Part shown: positions 39,842 to 52,460 of the stretch, piece after piece | How the letters are laid out: the number at the start of each line of letters is the position of its first letter | How positions within the stretch are numbered: position 1 is the stretch's first letter | NCBI RefSeq assembly: GCF_020745735.1 | Contig: NC_083419.1 | Location: 30,340,085 to 30,404,084, forward strand | Reading direction: 5' to 3' | DNA from: Hemiscyllium ocellatum | Lineage: Eukaryota | DNA: 64,000 bases | Translations under genes and position numbers: made by a program | The notes under the pieces: generated by a model | The model's database searches: none | Seen by the model: only the letters and a program-made list of their open reading frames with translations | What the model was told of the DNA's origin: nothing

Positions 39842-40618
39842 GTAAAACGAACAAGGCAGGACTAATATAGTTAACAGTAAGACCCTGGAAAGTGTTGTTG
39901 AACAGAGAGACTTAGAGTTTCAGGCACATAGTTCTTTGAAAGCTGGGTCACAGTAGACAGGGTGATAAAGAAGGGCATTTAACATGTTTGCCGTGATTGC
40001 TCAGACCATTTGGTATAGGGGTTGGGATATCATGTTAAGGTTGTGCAGAGTATTCGTGAGGCTACTTTTGGAGTCCTGTGTTCAGTTCTGGTCACCCTAC
40101 CACAGGAAGGATATTATTAAATTGGAAAGGGTGCATAAAAGATTTACAAACATGTTACCAAGACTGGAGGGTTTGAGTTGTAAAGAGAGGCTGGATAGCT
40201 AGGACATTTTTCACTGGAGCATAGGAGGTTGAGGGGTGGCATTATGGAAGTTTATAAAATCATGTGGGACATAGATAAAGTGAATAGCAAAGGTCTTTTC
40301 TGTAGGGAGGGGATTCAAAACAAGGGGGCATATTTTTAAGGTGAGAGGAGAAAGATTTAAAAGGGACTTAAGGGTTAACCTTTTCAGACAGAGGGTGGTT
40401 CATATGTGGAATGAACTGCTAGAGGAAGTGATAGATGGAAGTACAGTTATAACATTTAAAAGGTATTTGGACAGATTATGATTAGAAAAGATTTAGAGGG
40501 ATATGGGCCAAATGCTGGCAAGTGTGACTACTTTAGTTTGAGAAACTTGGTCGGCATGATGAGTTGGACCAAAGGGTCTCTTTCCATGCTGTAAAACTCT
40601 ATGACTCTGTGACTCTAT
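39842..40618 (+). mobile_element. CR1 3' portion
   Basis: CVQFWSPYHRKDIIKLERV; terminal ctctatgactctgtgactctat. Confidence 0.9.
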
Positions 40619-41754
40619 AAACATTCACTCTCTTCAAAACTAATACTCAAATAGCAGCAGTATTATAAGATATACAGTACAAAATTCACCCGGGCTCCTT
40701 GGACAACACTTCCAAACCCATTACCATCTAGAAGGATAGATACATGGGAACATACCACTTGTTAGTTATCATCTAAATAACTCACCATTTTGATTTGGGG
40801 GTTTATTACTGTTCCTTCAGTTTTGCTGTATCAAAATCTTGGAATTCCCTTCTTTTCAGCATTATAAGTCTACCTACACCCAATGCAATGGTTAAAAAAT
40901 GCTGCTCACCACCAACTTCAAGGGCAACTCGACATGGGCCACAAATCTTGGGCTGACAGCAAAACTCATATCCCATAAAAGAATTTTTAAAAATAAATAC
41001 ATTACATTTCTTGGTATTAATCCACTTGAGGAACGGTCTGGTATGTGCCACAAAGCTGATCCTTTTTTTGCTAAGAGACGTTCTTTTCTCAAGGATACTG
41101 TGTCCTTGATTTTTTTCAGAGGGGTCATAAAACCCTCCCAGCTCTGAGGTGGCTAGTTTGGTACAGAGAAGAAAAAGGATTTAGAGACATCTTTTATTTA
41201 TATGTAAACAGATGACACTTCAGGCCAAAGTGGTCATTTCTTAGCAGTGACCTGTATAATGAAAGGGGAGTGGTCAGTCCAGAACTAGTTAGGAGTTCAG
41301 CTGTGTGGAAACAGGCTGTGAAACTCTGTCGCTCCTTCTGCCCATCTAACTTCAACCCATAAGCATTTGTTTCATTTTTACTGTGTTTCAAGGGGTTTGC
41401 TTATTGGGACTGTTGTGTATATTCAGAACAGCATAATTAAGTCTAGTTTGGATAGACCGAGTTCTGTAGGGGCTCTTTATTCTGTTCTTTGTGGTTCATT
41501 GTATAATTTTCTGAATACATTTTTGTCAGTTTTAAAATCTAGTAGTCAACTGAGCTAACTTATTCTGGCTAATTTTCACTGTACACTTACCGAAACAAAT
41601 GGTCTGGGCTGCCTGCTTAAGAACGTTCTGAGGGGTCTGGCCTCATCCATAACACACTGGGGGCTCTTTGCGTGATTTTAAACAGAAAATGGTCAATGCT
41701 GGTGTCTTTATTTCGGGCATTGGTCTGATTGGCGAGGCAGAGCTTGGGATAGTA

Positions 41755-44641
41755 ATGGCTCTTTCAGTCTCCAAACAATTTCTGGAAGTGGATGCACTGA
41801 CTTTGGAAGTTTTTGCAAAAGGTGAATAAGACCAAGCTGCAGGAATTAGCGGACCAGCTGGGATTGGACCTGCCTGCTTCTGTGAGGAAAGGAGAGATAA
41901 TTCCAGCAGTAGCTCAGCATTTAAACTTGCTGGAGAAACCATCAGAATCTATAGAGATGGCAAGAATTCAATTGCAAATGAAACAGCTTGAGTTAGAGGT
42001 GAGAGATAAGGAAAGGGCAGCAGAAATGAAACATTTTGAGTTACAAGTAAAAACAGAAGTGAAAGAGAAAGAGAGAGCAGGGAAAGAAGAAGATAGAGCT
42101 TTTGAACTTCAAAAACTGACATTTAAAAAGGAAAGTCAGCTTAAAAGGCTGGAGATAAAGGCTGAAGGTAATAACAATGCCCTGGTAGCCAGAAGCCTGG
42201 TAAGAAACTGTTTAAGTATGTTCAACCATTGCCTAAATTTGATGAGAAGGATATGGAAGCCTTTTTCATCTCATTTGAAAAGGCGGCTAAACAAATGCAG
42301 CAGTCAGCGGCAATGTGGGTTTTGTTGATCCAAACAAAACTTGTAGGTAGGGCTAGTGAAATATTCGCAACTTTATCAGAGGAGGTATCTGGGGAGTATG
42401 AGGAGGTGAAAAAAAGCCATTTTCGGTGCATATGAGCTTGTAGCAGAAGCCTACAGACAATGTTTCAGGAATTTAAGGAGGTACCCTGGTCAAACCTATA
42501 CTATGTTTAAAAGGATCAGAGTAATTTCAATAGATAGATCAGAGCTTTAAGAATAGAGCAAGCATATGATGCCCTTAGAGAGGTAATTATTTTGGAGGAA
42601 TTCAAAACTTCACTGCCTGAAGTAGTGCAAACTCATATGGAAGTGCAGAGAGTTAAAACACCAAGGTTTACAGCTGAACTGGCTGATGATTATGAGCTGG
42701 TCCATAAAACTCGGTTTGGCTTCCGGAATCAATTTCAGTCCATGAGGGATAGACACTGGGGCAAATAAATATCCACAAGTGTAAAGGGAAAGATAGATCT
42801 CAGTGAAGATCATAAGGATAACTTACCACAGGCTAAAAAAGAAACCCTTGAGGGGGGAAAAAGAAGTTAAAAAGCTCTGGTGTTTTCATTGTAATAAAGT
42901 GAGCCACACAAAATCACACTGTTGGTGGGCTAGGAGAAAGCCAGATGTAGGAAAACCGGACAAGCCTGGAAGTTTTGTTGGACTAGTACCAAAAAGCACA
43001 AGAAAAGTTTAAGAACTGCCTCAGAGTGTACAAGATGATCAGAGGTTGATTAAGGAGAAAGTGCCAGATTTGCTTGAAAAATATATATATGCAAGGGTAA
43101 AGTTTATTCACGTAGGTCAGGAGTAGCAGGTAAAGAGGTTACAATATTAAGGGACGCAGGATCGTCTCAGTCTGTAATGCTGAAGGATGAGGGGATATGT
43201 ACTCCTGAAGAACTATTGCCCGGAAAGGTACCCAATGGTAATGTGTGGACTATCGCAAAGTCAACACCATCACAAAGACTGATACATAACCAATTCCACA
43301 GTTGGAGGACTGTGTCAAAAATGTGGGACAAGCAACTTGCATTTCTAAGTTGGACTTGCTCAGAGTCTAATGGCAAATATCTCTGTCAGAGAGAGCAAAG
43401 ACAATGTCGGCTTTCGTAACGTCATGCCATTTGATATGAAAAGCATTCCAACATTTCAGAGATTAACTAATAAGGTAATTGCCAGATTACCCAACTGTGT
43501 TGTTACATTGATGACCTGGTGATCTTTAGCCAGTCATGGAAGGAGCATTTACAGTAATTATCGGGCTTGTTCAATCGACTTTGGAAGGCAGGCTTGGTGG
43601 TAAACCTAGCTAAAAGTAAATGTGCCAAAGCTCAAGTCACCTTACTGGGCCATGTTATTGGACATGGGCAAATGGCCCCACGGATGTGAAAATGAAAAGA
43701 AATGTGGGATTTCCCACACCATTGATGAAAAGAGTAGTACTATGTTTCCTGGGATTGAGTGGATTTTACTGAAAGCTATTGCCAAAGTTTAGCAGTGTGG
43801 CTGCTCCACTCATCGAATTGTTAAAAAAAGAGCAAGAAGTTTCAATGGACAGTGGACTGTCAAAAACCATTTGACAGCCTAAAAACTGTGTTAGCCACTG
43901 CCCCAGTATTAGCCACATCTAATTACATGAAGCCGTTCATGGTAGCTACCAATGCCAGTGATGTAGATGTCATTGCGGTCTCCTGCAGGAGGATGATGAG
44001 GGAATAGAAAGACCCATCGGGTATTTTTCCAGGAAGTTGAACATTCATCAACAGAAATATTCAATGGTGGAGAAAGAGACTTTGAGCTTGGGTTGGCATT
44101 ACAATATCTATAGAATCCATCTACCAGGCCTGCTGTCAAGGAAAGGCCACCAGCATACTCAAAGATCCATCCCACCCTAGCAATGTTTTTCTACAACCTC
44201 TCCATTGGGGAGAAGGTACAGAAGCCTGAACACACACGCGAGCCGGTTTTAAAACAGTTTCTTCCCTACTGTGGTTAGAATATTGAATGGGCTCAGAAAC
44301 TCTTAACATTCGCCTGTACCTGTGGTTTGGTTTTGGTGCTGTTTACCTATGATTTACTTATCTACGCTACTTAACTCTGTATTGCTCGCAAGACAAAGCT
44401 TTTCACTGTGCCTCGGTACACGTGACAATAAATTCAATTCAATTCAGTATTATATTACCAGCAATGTATTGAGGCAATCGTATACACTGATCATAAACCA
44501 TTGTCATTTCTGGAAAGATTAAAGGAGAAAAATGCCAGACTGGTTAGATGGAGCTTGTTGATGCAGCCATTCAGTTTGAGAATTGTGCATGTGACAGGTC
44601 ATGAAAATGTGATTTCCGATGCATTATCGAGACTCAAATGA
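41755..44641 (+). pseudogene. gag-pol remnant: Gag with CCHC knuckle, protease, RT, RNase H; integrase absent
   Basis: PKFDEKDMEAFFISFEK, AYELVAEAYRQ, CFHCNKVSHTKSHC, ILRDAGSSQS, YIDDL (43504), TDHKP, ENVISDALSR; many frameshifts. Confidence 0.88.
44105..44446 (+). mobile_element. Rex1/Babar-type LINE 3' end inserted in the RNase H region
   Basis: ILKDPSHP, GRRYRSLNT and NSFFPTVVRILN motifs; AATAAA followed by (ATTCA)3. Confidence 0.8.
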
Positions 44642-45694
44642 GATACCGAGGCATTTGGTGACTGGTGTGCCATAGTCTGAATTTGCATGTGATTATGCAT
44701 ATTTGCACGTATATAGTTAGTATAGTGTGTTTTAGATGGATGACTGGGTTTTTGAAGGGTTTTAAGAATGAAGCCATTTTTTGTAATTAATGGTTCTTTT
44801 TTTTAAGGGAGGAGGTGTCACAAAGCTGGTCCCTTTTTTCTGAAAGATGTTCCTTTTCTCAAGGATATTGTGTCCTTGATTTTTTCAGAGGGGTCATAAA
44901 ACCCTCCTGGCTCTGAGGTGGCTAGTTTGGTACAGAGATGAAAAGGATTTTCACAGGTCTTTTGTTTATATGTAAACAGGTGAGACATCAGGCCAAAGTG
45001 GTTATGGTTTAGAAGTGACCTGTATAATGAAAAAGGAATGGTCAGTTCTGAAAGTTGAGCAGTTCAGTCCAGAACTAATTAGTGAGTTCAGCTGCGTGGA
45101 AACAGGCTGCTAGACTCTCTCTTCTTCTGCCCTTCTAGCTTCAACCTGTAAGTATTTGTTTCATTTTTACTGTGTTTTGGGACTGTTGCGTATATACAGA
45201 ACAGTATAATTAAGTCTATTTTGGATAGACTGAGTTCTGTAGGGTTTCTTTATTCTGTTCTTTGTGGCTCATTTTTTAAATTTACAAATAAGTTTTTGTC
45301 TATTTTAAAACTTGGTAATCAACCTAGCTAACATACTCCAGGTAACTTTCACTGTACATTTAACTAAACAAGTTGCCAAGTTAGGGGCTGAACTAAGAAT
45401 GCTTTGAGCCTAAGAATGGCTTAGTCCACCATGTATGTATTGACTGAAAAGTTACTGTTTGATTTTTTTTCCTTGATGATGACAATCCTACTTTAAAGAA
45501 CTATTATAAAAGAATAGTAAATAGGTCACATCTTAAAAAAGATAAGTAATGCTAGCCCCACACAAAATATCAATATGCCATCATAATATTCCCATTACAG
45601 TTTCATATGCACACTTTCCTGTTTCTCTAGGTTGGACTAATAAGTTAAATTTTAATAGACACTCCTAGTCCTGTTTGAAAATACTCAAATGAAT

Positions 45695-45962
45695 TACAAT
45701 CTTGTGGGTTCAAGCCCCTCTCTTGGAACTTAAATCTGTAGTCCAAGCTAATATTTCAGTGTAGCTATCCGAGAAATTTTTGCATTTTTGAGCTATCATC
45801 TTTCCTATAAGATGATAGATTGAGGTCCATCTGCCTGCTCTTATCAATTCCACAATGTTGTTTTAAAATACAGCCGTCAATTTTATCTTCATTGTCTGGC
45901 CAACCCTTAACGCTCAACTAATAACACTGAAAACAAAGTAGCTGGTTATTTAATTATTTGTT
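45695..45962 (+). mobile_element. Decayed DeuSINE (SacSINE1-like)
   Basis: B-box gggttcaagccc followed by Deu-domain-like gaggtccatctgcc and gtctggccaacc...ctcaactaataacactgaaaaca; family assignment is from memory of the consensus. Confidence 0.5.
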
Positions 45963-46060
45963 GTTCTGGATGTAGGTTTGCTCGCTGAGCTGTAAGGTTC
46001 ATTTTCAGACATTTCATCGCCATACTAGGTCGCATCTTCATTGAGCCTCTGGACAAAGCT
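45962..46060 (-). mobile_element. Third PLE family pLTR fragment with a decayed HHR
   Basis: Reverse complement: caatgaaga-tgcgacc(tagtat)ggcgat-gaaatgtc-tg. Confidence 0.6.
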
Positions 46061-48329
46061 GTCTCAGGGATCTAGCCACATTTGCGTTTGGGAATTAATC
46101 CTCTTTCAGAATACTTCCCTGACCACTGTGATTTTACTGGGGATTTTGCACATAAAATTAAATACATTCTTTGCCCACCACATGGACAATCACAAAGGCA
46201 ACAAATGTCAATTAATACAAACAGCTGCAAGGTTTTAAAAAGTGAATCACTCTTCTATACTGGAAAAGATTGAAATCATATAATTTCAGATTTTTAGTCA
46301 CAGAATTGGAAGAGATTTTCAACCTGCAACAAAATTGGGACATCTTATTTCCAGGTGTGAGACAATCTCAGCTCTTTGTTGCAATAGATTAATGAAATAA
46401 TCACTTCAACTACTGATTTTTTTCCCAGTCAACAATCATCACATAAATCAGCTTTACTATTAAGGTGAGGAACATTTATGAAGGGTAGAGGCCAACAGGT
46501 GAAACTGCCTCTTGTAATAAGTTGCTTTATAGTATGCTTTCTTCAAAGACAGCTCCATTAATCTCTTTAAATTGGAGTCCAGTTACAAGAGGAGATGAGC
46601 TCACCATTTTTTGCACACTGTGATATTACAAGTCTCTTCCAATCTTCAATAGCTATTGTTTAAGGGCCATTCAAACCTCTGGCAGTCAACTCACCCAGCC
46701 CAGGATTTCTTTGGTTTCTTGCTACTGTTGCTTTGATTTCCTGTGTCTGGATTTGGTTCATACTTGCGCACATTTCTTGCTCCGTTTTGTTCCCTGAAAT
46801 AAGATTGTTTCATCCCAAATTGTATCAAAGCCTCCAAAATCAAACTCTGGAAATTTTCATTAGGTAAGGCAGTATTTAAGAAGGGAGAAACAGTTCATGG
46901 CCAGATATTCCAATCATGGTTGGAAATCCCAATTCTGACCTCAACTGGATTAAAAATTGCCCACTGACAATTCAATATCTTCTGCACTAGAGATTTCCAG
47001 AGAGGGGACCCTACTGTGACAGTGCCCAGGAATTCACAAGCAAGGAAAATAATGACCACAGCCCATTTTGCAGCAGTGTGCTGTGTCCTGTGATACATAT
47101 ATCCAGTAGCACAGTCAGTCACTTTGATAGCTCCTGTGAAAGAGTATGGAAGTAAGGTATATGCAGTGTAAGGATGGCAGTTGGTTGAGGGGTTAGAATG
47201 CCTGATGGATGAGGTGAGGAGGGATCGGTTAAATGGGATAACAAGTGGTTAAATGGGCAGTTTGTCAGGTGAGAGAGGGAAGTGACATGCCATATAGGTG
47301 ACATGCTAGGTGAGTGAGATATATGGGTGGCAGGTAAGTACATGAGACCCTTTAGGGTCATTCAAGTCTGCTGGTGGGCCATTTGCTGGATCTGACAGGA
47401 GAGAAAAGGGGGAGCTTTTGGGCATGGGTGGTTAGGCTGGTAGGGGTGTAAATGTTGGTTCGGGTTGGGGCAATCATTGTGTTTGGCAGGGGGTATGGGT
47501 CTGTGGAATATCAGACTGTAGATCACGCAAAGGTTAGATATAGTAGGTGGGAGGAGCTACCCTCCCCAGAGGTGGAAAGAGGCTGGAAAAGGGGAAACAT
47601 GGCAGGCCAGTGGTTGATGGTATTTAGATCTGACAAAATTCTGTCAGCAGAGGAAGGATGTCTGGTCAGGTTGAGGTTGTCAGAGGTCTATGGGGCATAA
47701 AGGGCTGGGGGAAGCCTGGTGTTGAACTTGAGGAGGGATTACTTTAATAGTTACCCAAGAGTTAGAATTTGCTTTTAATTATCCAATTTTACCTGGGTAG
47801 CAATTAATCTCAATTGAGTTCGAATCCTCTGATGTTTCTGACCTTTTTGAAGAAATCTATACATCGGGGAATTACTGGTCAAAAGTTTCACTTTCCTATG
47901 CCATTCCCTAAGAGTGTGCTGAATTGGGAATCCACACAGTCCAGATACATAACTCCAGTCTAATCTGTTCCAATGACTTTCTGATCATTCAGATTGTTAC
48001 TGCCTTTATTTAGAATTAAGAGATCTATTAATTGACTCGTTAAATAGCCACGCCTAGGTACCCCACTCAATTTCAACAGGAGAGGCGAGCACCTGAGGCT
48101 GGAGGAGTGGTAAGAAGCTAGGCTGGCATTGACACATCCACATCCTCATTCTCAGAAGAAGGAGGTGCTAGGCTGAATTGAGATCAAAACATGTAAATTT
48201 CCTTGATAAGCAGCAAAACCAAAACTGGGGTGAATAGAAATGATTGGACTTACTGAATCGGATTTATGGGAATTGAAGTATAGTAAACAGTCAAGCATAA
48301 GAGTAGAATCCAAAGAAGAGAACCCAGGC

Positions 48330-51300
48330 TTGTATGAACAAGCATAATGATGACATCAGCTTAATACCCATTGAACTAGAGAAGCTGAATAAATAGAAAA
48401 TGCACATTGCTCTGTCTTATAGCTGAACAAGTATGATAGAATTCCTCATCAAGATAGAGAGTGATGTAGTTGATTCTGAGACTACAGTCTAGAAACTAAA
48501 TAAAGGAAACTGCAATTATATCAGCTGTGAGATGCTTTTGATTAATTCTGGACTGCTACTTAAAGGGATGTTGGTGAAAATGTTGTGGCAAACTTTCGAA
48601 AAATGCATTGGTGAGCACAGAAAACAATTGTACTTTTCTGGATGGTAGAACAGTAATTGGGGAAGGTGGCCAAACCATGGCTTACAAGGGAAATTAAAAC
48701 TAGTATTATACCCAAGGAAGAGGTATACAATTTAACCAGACCTTAGGAGTGGGAATAGTTTAAAACTCAGCAAAGAAGGACAAAGAAAGAGAAAAAAAAA
48801 GTAAGCTTACAGGCAATGTAAAATCTGTCCGTAAAACCTTCCATAGCTTTGTGAAGACAAAAGAATGGTGATGTAAATTGTAGGTCACTTATAATAGGAA
48901 AATTGGGAGTTTATAATAGAAACAAAGAAATGGCTGGCAAGCTAAATATATACCTTTGTTCTCTGTTCACAAAGCAAGACAAAATAAAACTGAAATGTTG
49001 GGGAACACAGGGTTTAGAGAAAGAGCTGAAGGAAATAGTATTTATAGCGAAATGGTATTGAGGCAATTGGTGGGATTGAAGGTAAGTAAATCTTAAGGGC
49101 CTGACAATTGGTATTTCAATGAACCTAAGAAAGCGGCCATATAAATAATGAATGCATTGGTAATCATCTTTCAAGATCCTACAAGCTCTGAAGCAGTTCC
49201 TACTGATTGGACAGTAGCTAATTTAAAATAGAGGCAGTGACAAAACCGGGAATTATAGACCAGTCAGCATCGTAGTGTTAGTGGGGATAATGTTCAAGTC
49301 CATTATGAAAGATTTAACAGCAGTGCACTTGAAAATTGTGGAAAGATCAGACTGAGCCAGCTTAGATTGACAAAAGAGAAATCATGCTTGACAAACTTAC
49401 TGGAATTCTTTGAGGATGTAACTAGTAGAGCTGATGAGGAGAAGGCAGTCAATGTGGTTTATTTGTATTTTTTAGAAGGCTTTTGACAAAGTTCAACGTA
49501 AGAGGTTCGTGTGTGAAATTAAAACATATGTGATGAGGATTGTGAATTGAAATGAATAGAGAACTATTTGGCAAACAGGAAACAAAGGAATATATGGATC
49601 TTTTTCCAAATGGCAGGCAGTGATTAGTAGGCTAAGACAGGGATCAATGCTAAGATCCCAGCTATATGCAATATATATTCATTATTTAGATAAGTGAAGT
49701 ACATGTAATAGAGTCATAAAGTCCTACATCATGGCGACAGGCCGTTTGGCCCAAACTGGTTCTGCTGACAAAAATGGCTGTCTATGCTAGCCCCATTTTC
49801 CTGCTTTCGGCTTATATTGTTGTAAATCTTTCCTATCCATGTATTTGTCCAAAGGCCTTTTAAATGCCCACCTCAACCATTTCTGCTGGCAGCTTATTCC
49901 ATATGCATACCACCCTCTTTCCTTCACATCTAACCTTAAATTGATGCCCTCTCATCTTCAATTCCCCAACCCTGGGAAAAAGATTAAGTGCACTCACCCT
50001 ATCCATGCCTCTCATGATTCTATACACCTCTATAAGGTTCCCCCCTCAGTCTCTTATGCTCTAAAGAAAAACGTCCGAGCTTGTCCAGCCTCTCACTATA
50101 ACATGGATCATTGAGCTCAGGCAACATCCTTGCAAATTCCCTCTGCACTCTTTCTAGTTTAATATCATCCTTTCCATAGCAAGGTGACCAAAACCGAACA
50201 CAATACTCCAACTGCAACATAACTTTCCAACTTCTGTACTCAGTGCCCTGACTGATGAAGGCCAATGTGACAAAAGCCTTCTTCACTGCACTGTCTACTT
50301 ATGACTCCACTTTCACAGAACTGTGAACCTAAACTCCAAGATTCCTCTGTCCCACTATCATTCACCATGAAACTTCCACCTTGATTTGACTTTCCAAAAT
50401 GCAAGACCTCACACTAAATCGATATTAAACTCCATTTGAAATTTCTCGGCCCACTTCCCCAGCTGATCAAGATCCTGCTACAATTTCTGATAACCTTCCT
50501 CATTTTAGTGTCATCTGCAAACTTAATAATTATGCCTTGTACATTCTCATCCAAGTCATTGATATAGATAATAAATCTCTCCAAGTAACGTCTCCAAGTT
50601 TTCAGACAATGCAAAGCTGGGTGGGGTTATGTGTTAGAAGGATGGGGAGATGCTTTAGTATGATTTAAATGAGCTGATGGAGTGGACAGATGCATGCTAA
50701 CCCCATTTACCTGCACTTTGCCCATATCCTTCTATCCTTTCCTACCCATGTGTTTGTCCAAATACCTTTCAAATGTTGTTAATGTACCTGCCTAAACTAC
50801 TTCCGCTGGCAGCTAATTCGATATGCGTACCGCCCTCTGTGTAAAAAAAGTTGCCCCTCAGGTTGCCTTTTATTCTTTCTCCTCTAACCTTAAACTGATG
50901 CACCCTAGTGGGGTAAATGCAAGATTATTTACCTGGGAAAGAAACAGATAAAGGCAGATTATTAGCTATGTGGATATCAATTAAGAGAAGGGAATGTGCA
51001 ATGAAAACTAGGTGTCCCTATATACAAGTCACTGAAACTATGTAAAGAAGGCAAAAGGTTTGTTGGCCTTCATAGCAAGAGGTTTTGAGAGGAGGAACAG
51101 TGACATCTGGCTGCTTTTATACAGAGCCTTGGTGAGTTCACACCTGGAATATTGTGTGCAGAGTTGTCTCCAATACCAGTAAGATGTTCTGATTCAGGGT
51201 AGAATGAAGTCTACCAAACTGATTCTGGGATGGTGGAAGTGGATTATGAGGAGAGTTTGAATCAGTTGGGATTATATTTACTGGGATTCAGTAGAATGAA

Positions 51301-51607
51301 GGGAACTCTCTTAGAAACTACAAAACCACAAGACTTAACAGGCTACATTGAAGATAAGATGTTTTCAATGTTGGGGTAGTCCAAAATCAGGGGTCAGAGG
51401 TTAAAGATATAGAGTAAACCATTTAGGGCTGGGATGAGGTGAAATATTTTCACTCAGAGTGGTAAGCATATGGAATTCACTACCACAGAAAGCAGTTAAG
51501 GCCAAAACATTGTATGATTTCAATGATCAGTCATAAACATATTGAATGGCGAAGCAAGCTTGAAGGACGAATGGTCTATTCCTTTTCCTGTTTTTCTATG
51601 TCTCTAT
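48330..51607 (+). mobile_element. Decayed CR1 ORF2 with two nested antisense CR1 pieces (~49710-50575 and ~50695-50910)
   Basis: NYRPVS, SCLTNLLEFFED and KAFDKV on plus; IYINDLD..KFADDTK and LEYCVRFWSP on minus. Confidence 0.85.
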
Positions 51608-51771
51608 TTGAGACTGTAAATTGCTGCCTAGGTACTGTGTTGATCTCTGCTGAACGCCAATAAAAAGCTTGCTGTAACAAGCTCAAATCTGTCAATTCTG
51701 GCAAAAGGAAAACCGTTTGAATTTCAAATCAAGACAGCAGAGGCAGAAAATGTTTGTTAAAGTGTACAGCT

Positions 51772-52460
51772 GGGAGAAAGTGAGGACTGCAGATGCTGGA
51801 GATCAGAGCTGAAAGATATGTTGCTGGAAAAGCGCAGCAGGTCAGGCAACATCCAAAGAGCAGGAGAATCAACGTTTCGGGCATAAGCCCTTCTTCAGGA
51901 ATGAGGAAAGTGTGCCAAGCAGGCTAAGATAAAAGGTAGGGAGGAGGGACTTGGGGGAGGGGCGTTGGGAATGCCATAGGTGGAAGGAGGTTAAGGTGAG
52001 GGTGATGGGCCAGAGAGGGGGAGGGGGCGGAGAGGTCGGAAAGAAGATTGCAGGTCAAGAAGGTGGTGCTGAGTCCGAGGGTTGTGACTGAGATAAGGTG
52101 GGGGGGAGGGGAAATGAGGAAGCTGGAGAAATCTGCATTCATCCCTTGTGGTTGGAGGGTTCCTAGGCAGAAGATGAGGCGCTTTTCCTCCAGGTGTCGT
52201 GTTGCCATGGTCTGGAGATAGAGGAGGCCAAGCTACTGCATATCCTTGGCAAAGTAGGAGGGGGAGTTAAAGTGTTCAGCCACGGGGCGGTTGGGTTGGT
52301 TGGTGCGGGTGTCCCAGAGGTGTTCTCTAAAACGTTCCGCAAGTAGACGGCCTGTCTCCCCAATGTAGAGGAGGCCACATCGGGTGCAGCGGATGCGTAA
52401 ATGATGTGTGTGGAGGTGCAGGCAAATTTGTGACAGATATGGACGGATCCTTTGGGGCCT
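51772..52460 (-). mobile_element. PLE family-1 3' fragment (GIY-YIG and tailed pLTR)
   Basis: Antisense GLLYIGETGR and LGTLQPQGMN; complete tail; no TSD found. Confidence 0.92.
51867..51903 (-). ncRNA. Hammerhead ribozyme motif with intact core
   Basis: Reverse complement: cattc-CTGAAGA-A-GGGC(ttat)GCCC-GAAACGTT-gatt. Confidence 0.78.

Larger units (their letters stand above)
37515..40970 (+). mobile_element. Old LINE remnant (APE endonuclease to 3' end) preceded by a tRNA-like head, fragmented by later insertions
   Basis: gtgttgcagtggt / tgtttgaatccc boxes; then PKLGGLPHSLTKQ*SDIVI, ILWV and ILDLIL motifs; 3' pieces at ~39735-39840 and ~40620-40970. Confidence 0.55.
41046..45432 (+). mobile_element. 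Gmr1-like Ty3/gypsy LTR retrotransposon, internally deleted
   Basis: LTRs 41046-41654 and 44816-~45432; PBS-like tgggggctc (tRNA-Pro type) at 41658; PPT aagggaggagg before 44816; GTATG on both flanks. Confidence 0.92.

Noticed and set aside
46860-47960. G-rich segment (similar ones at ~2050-2700, ~35050-35760 and ~55920-56230)
   Set aside because: Probably very old repeats, but I could not define termini, a family or coding motifs
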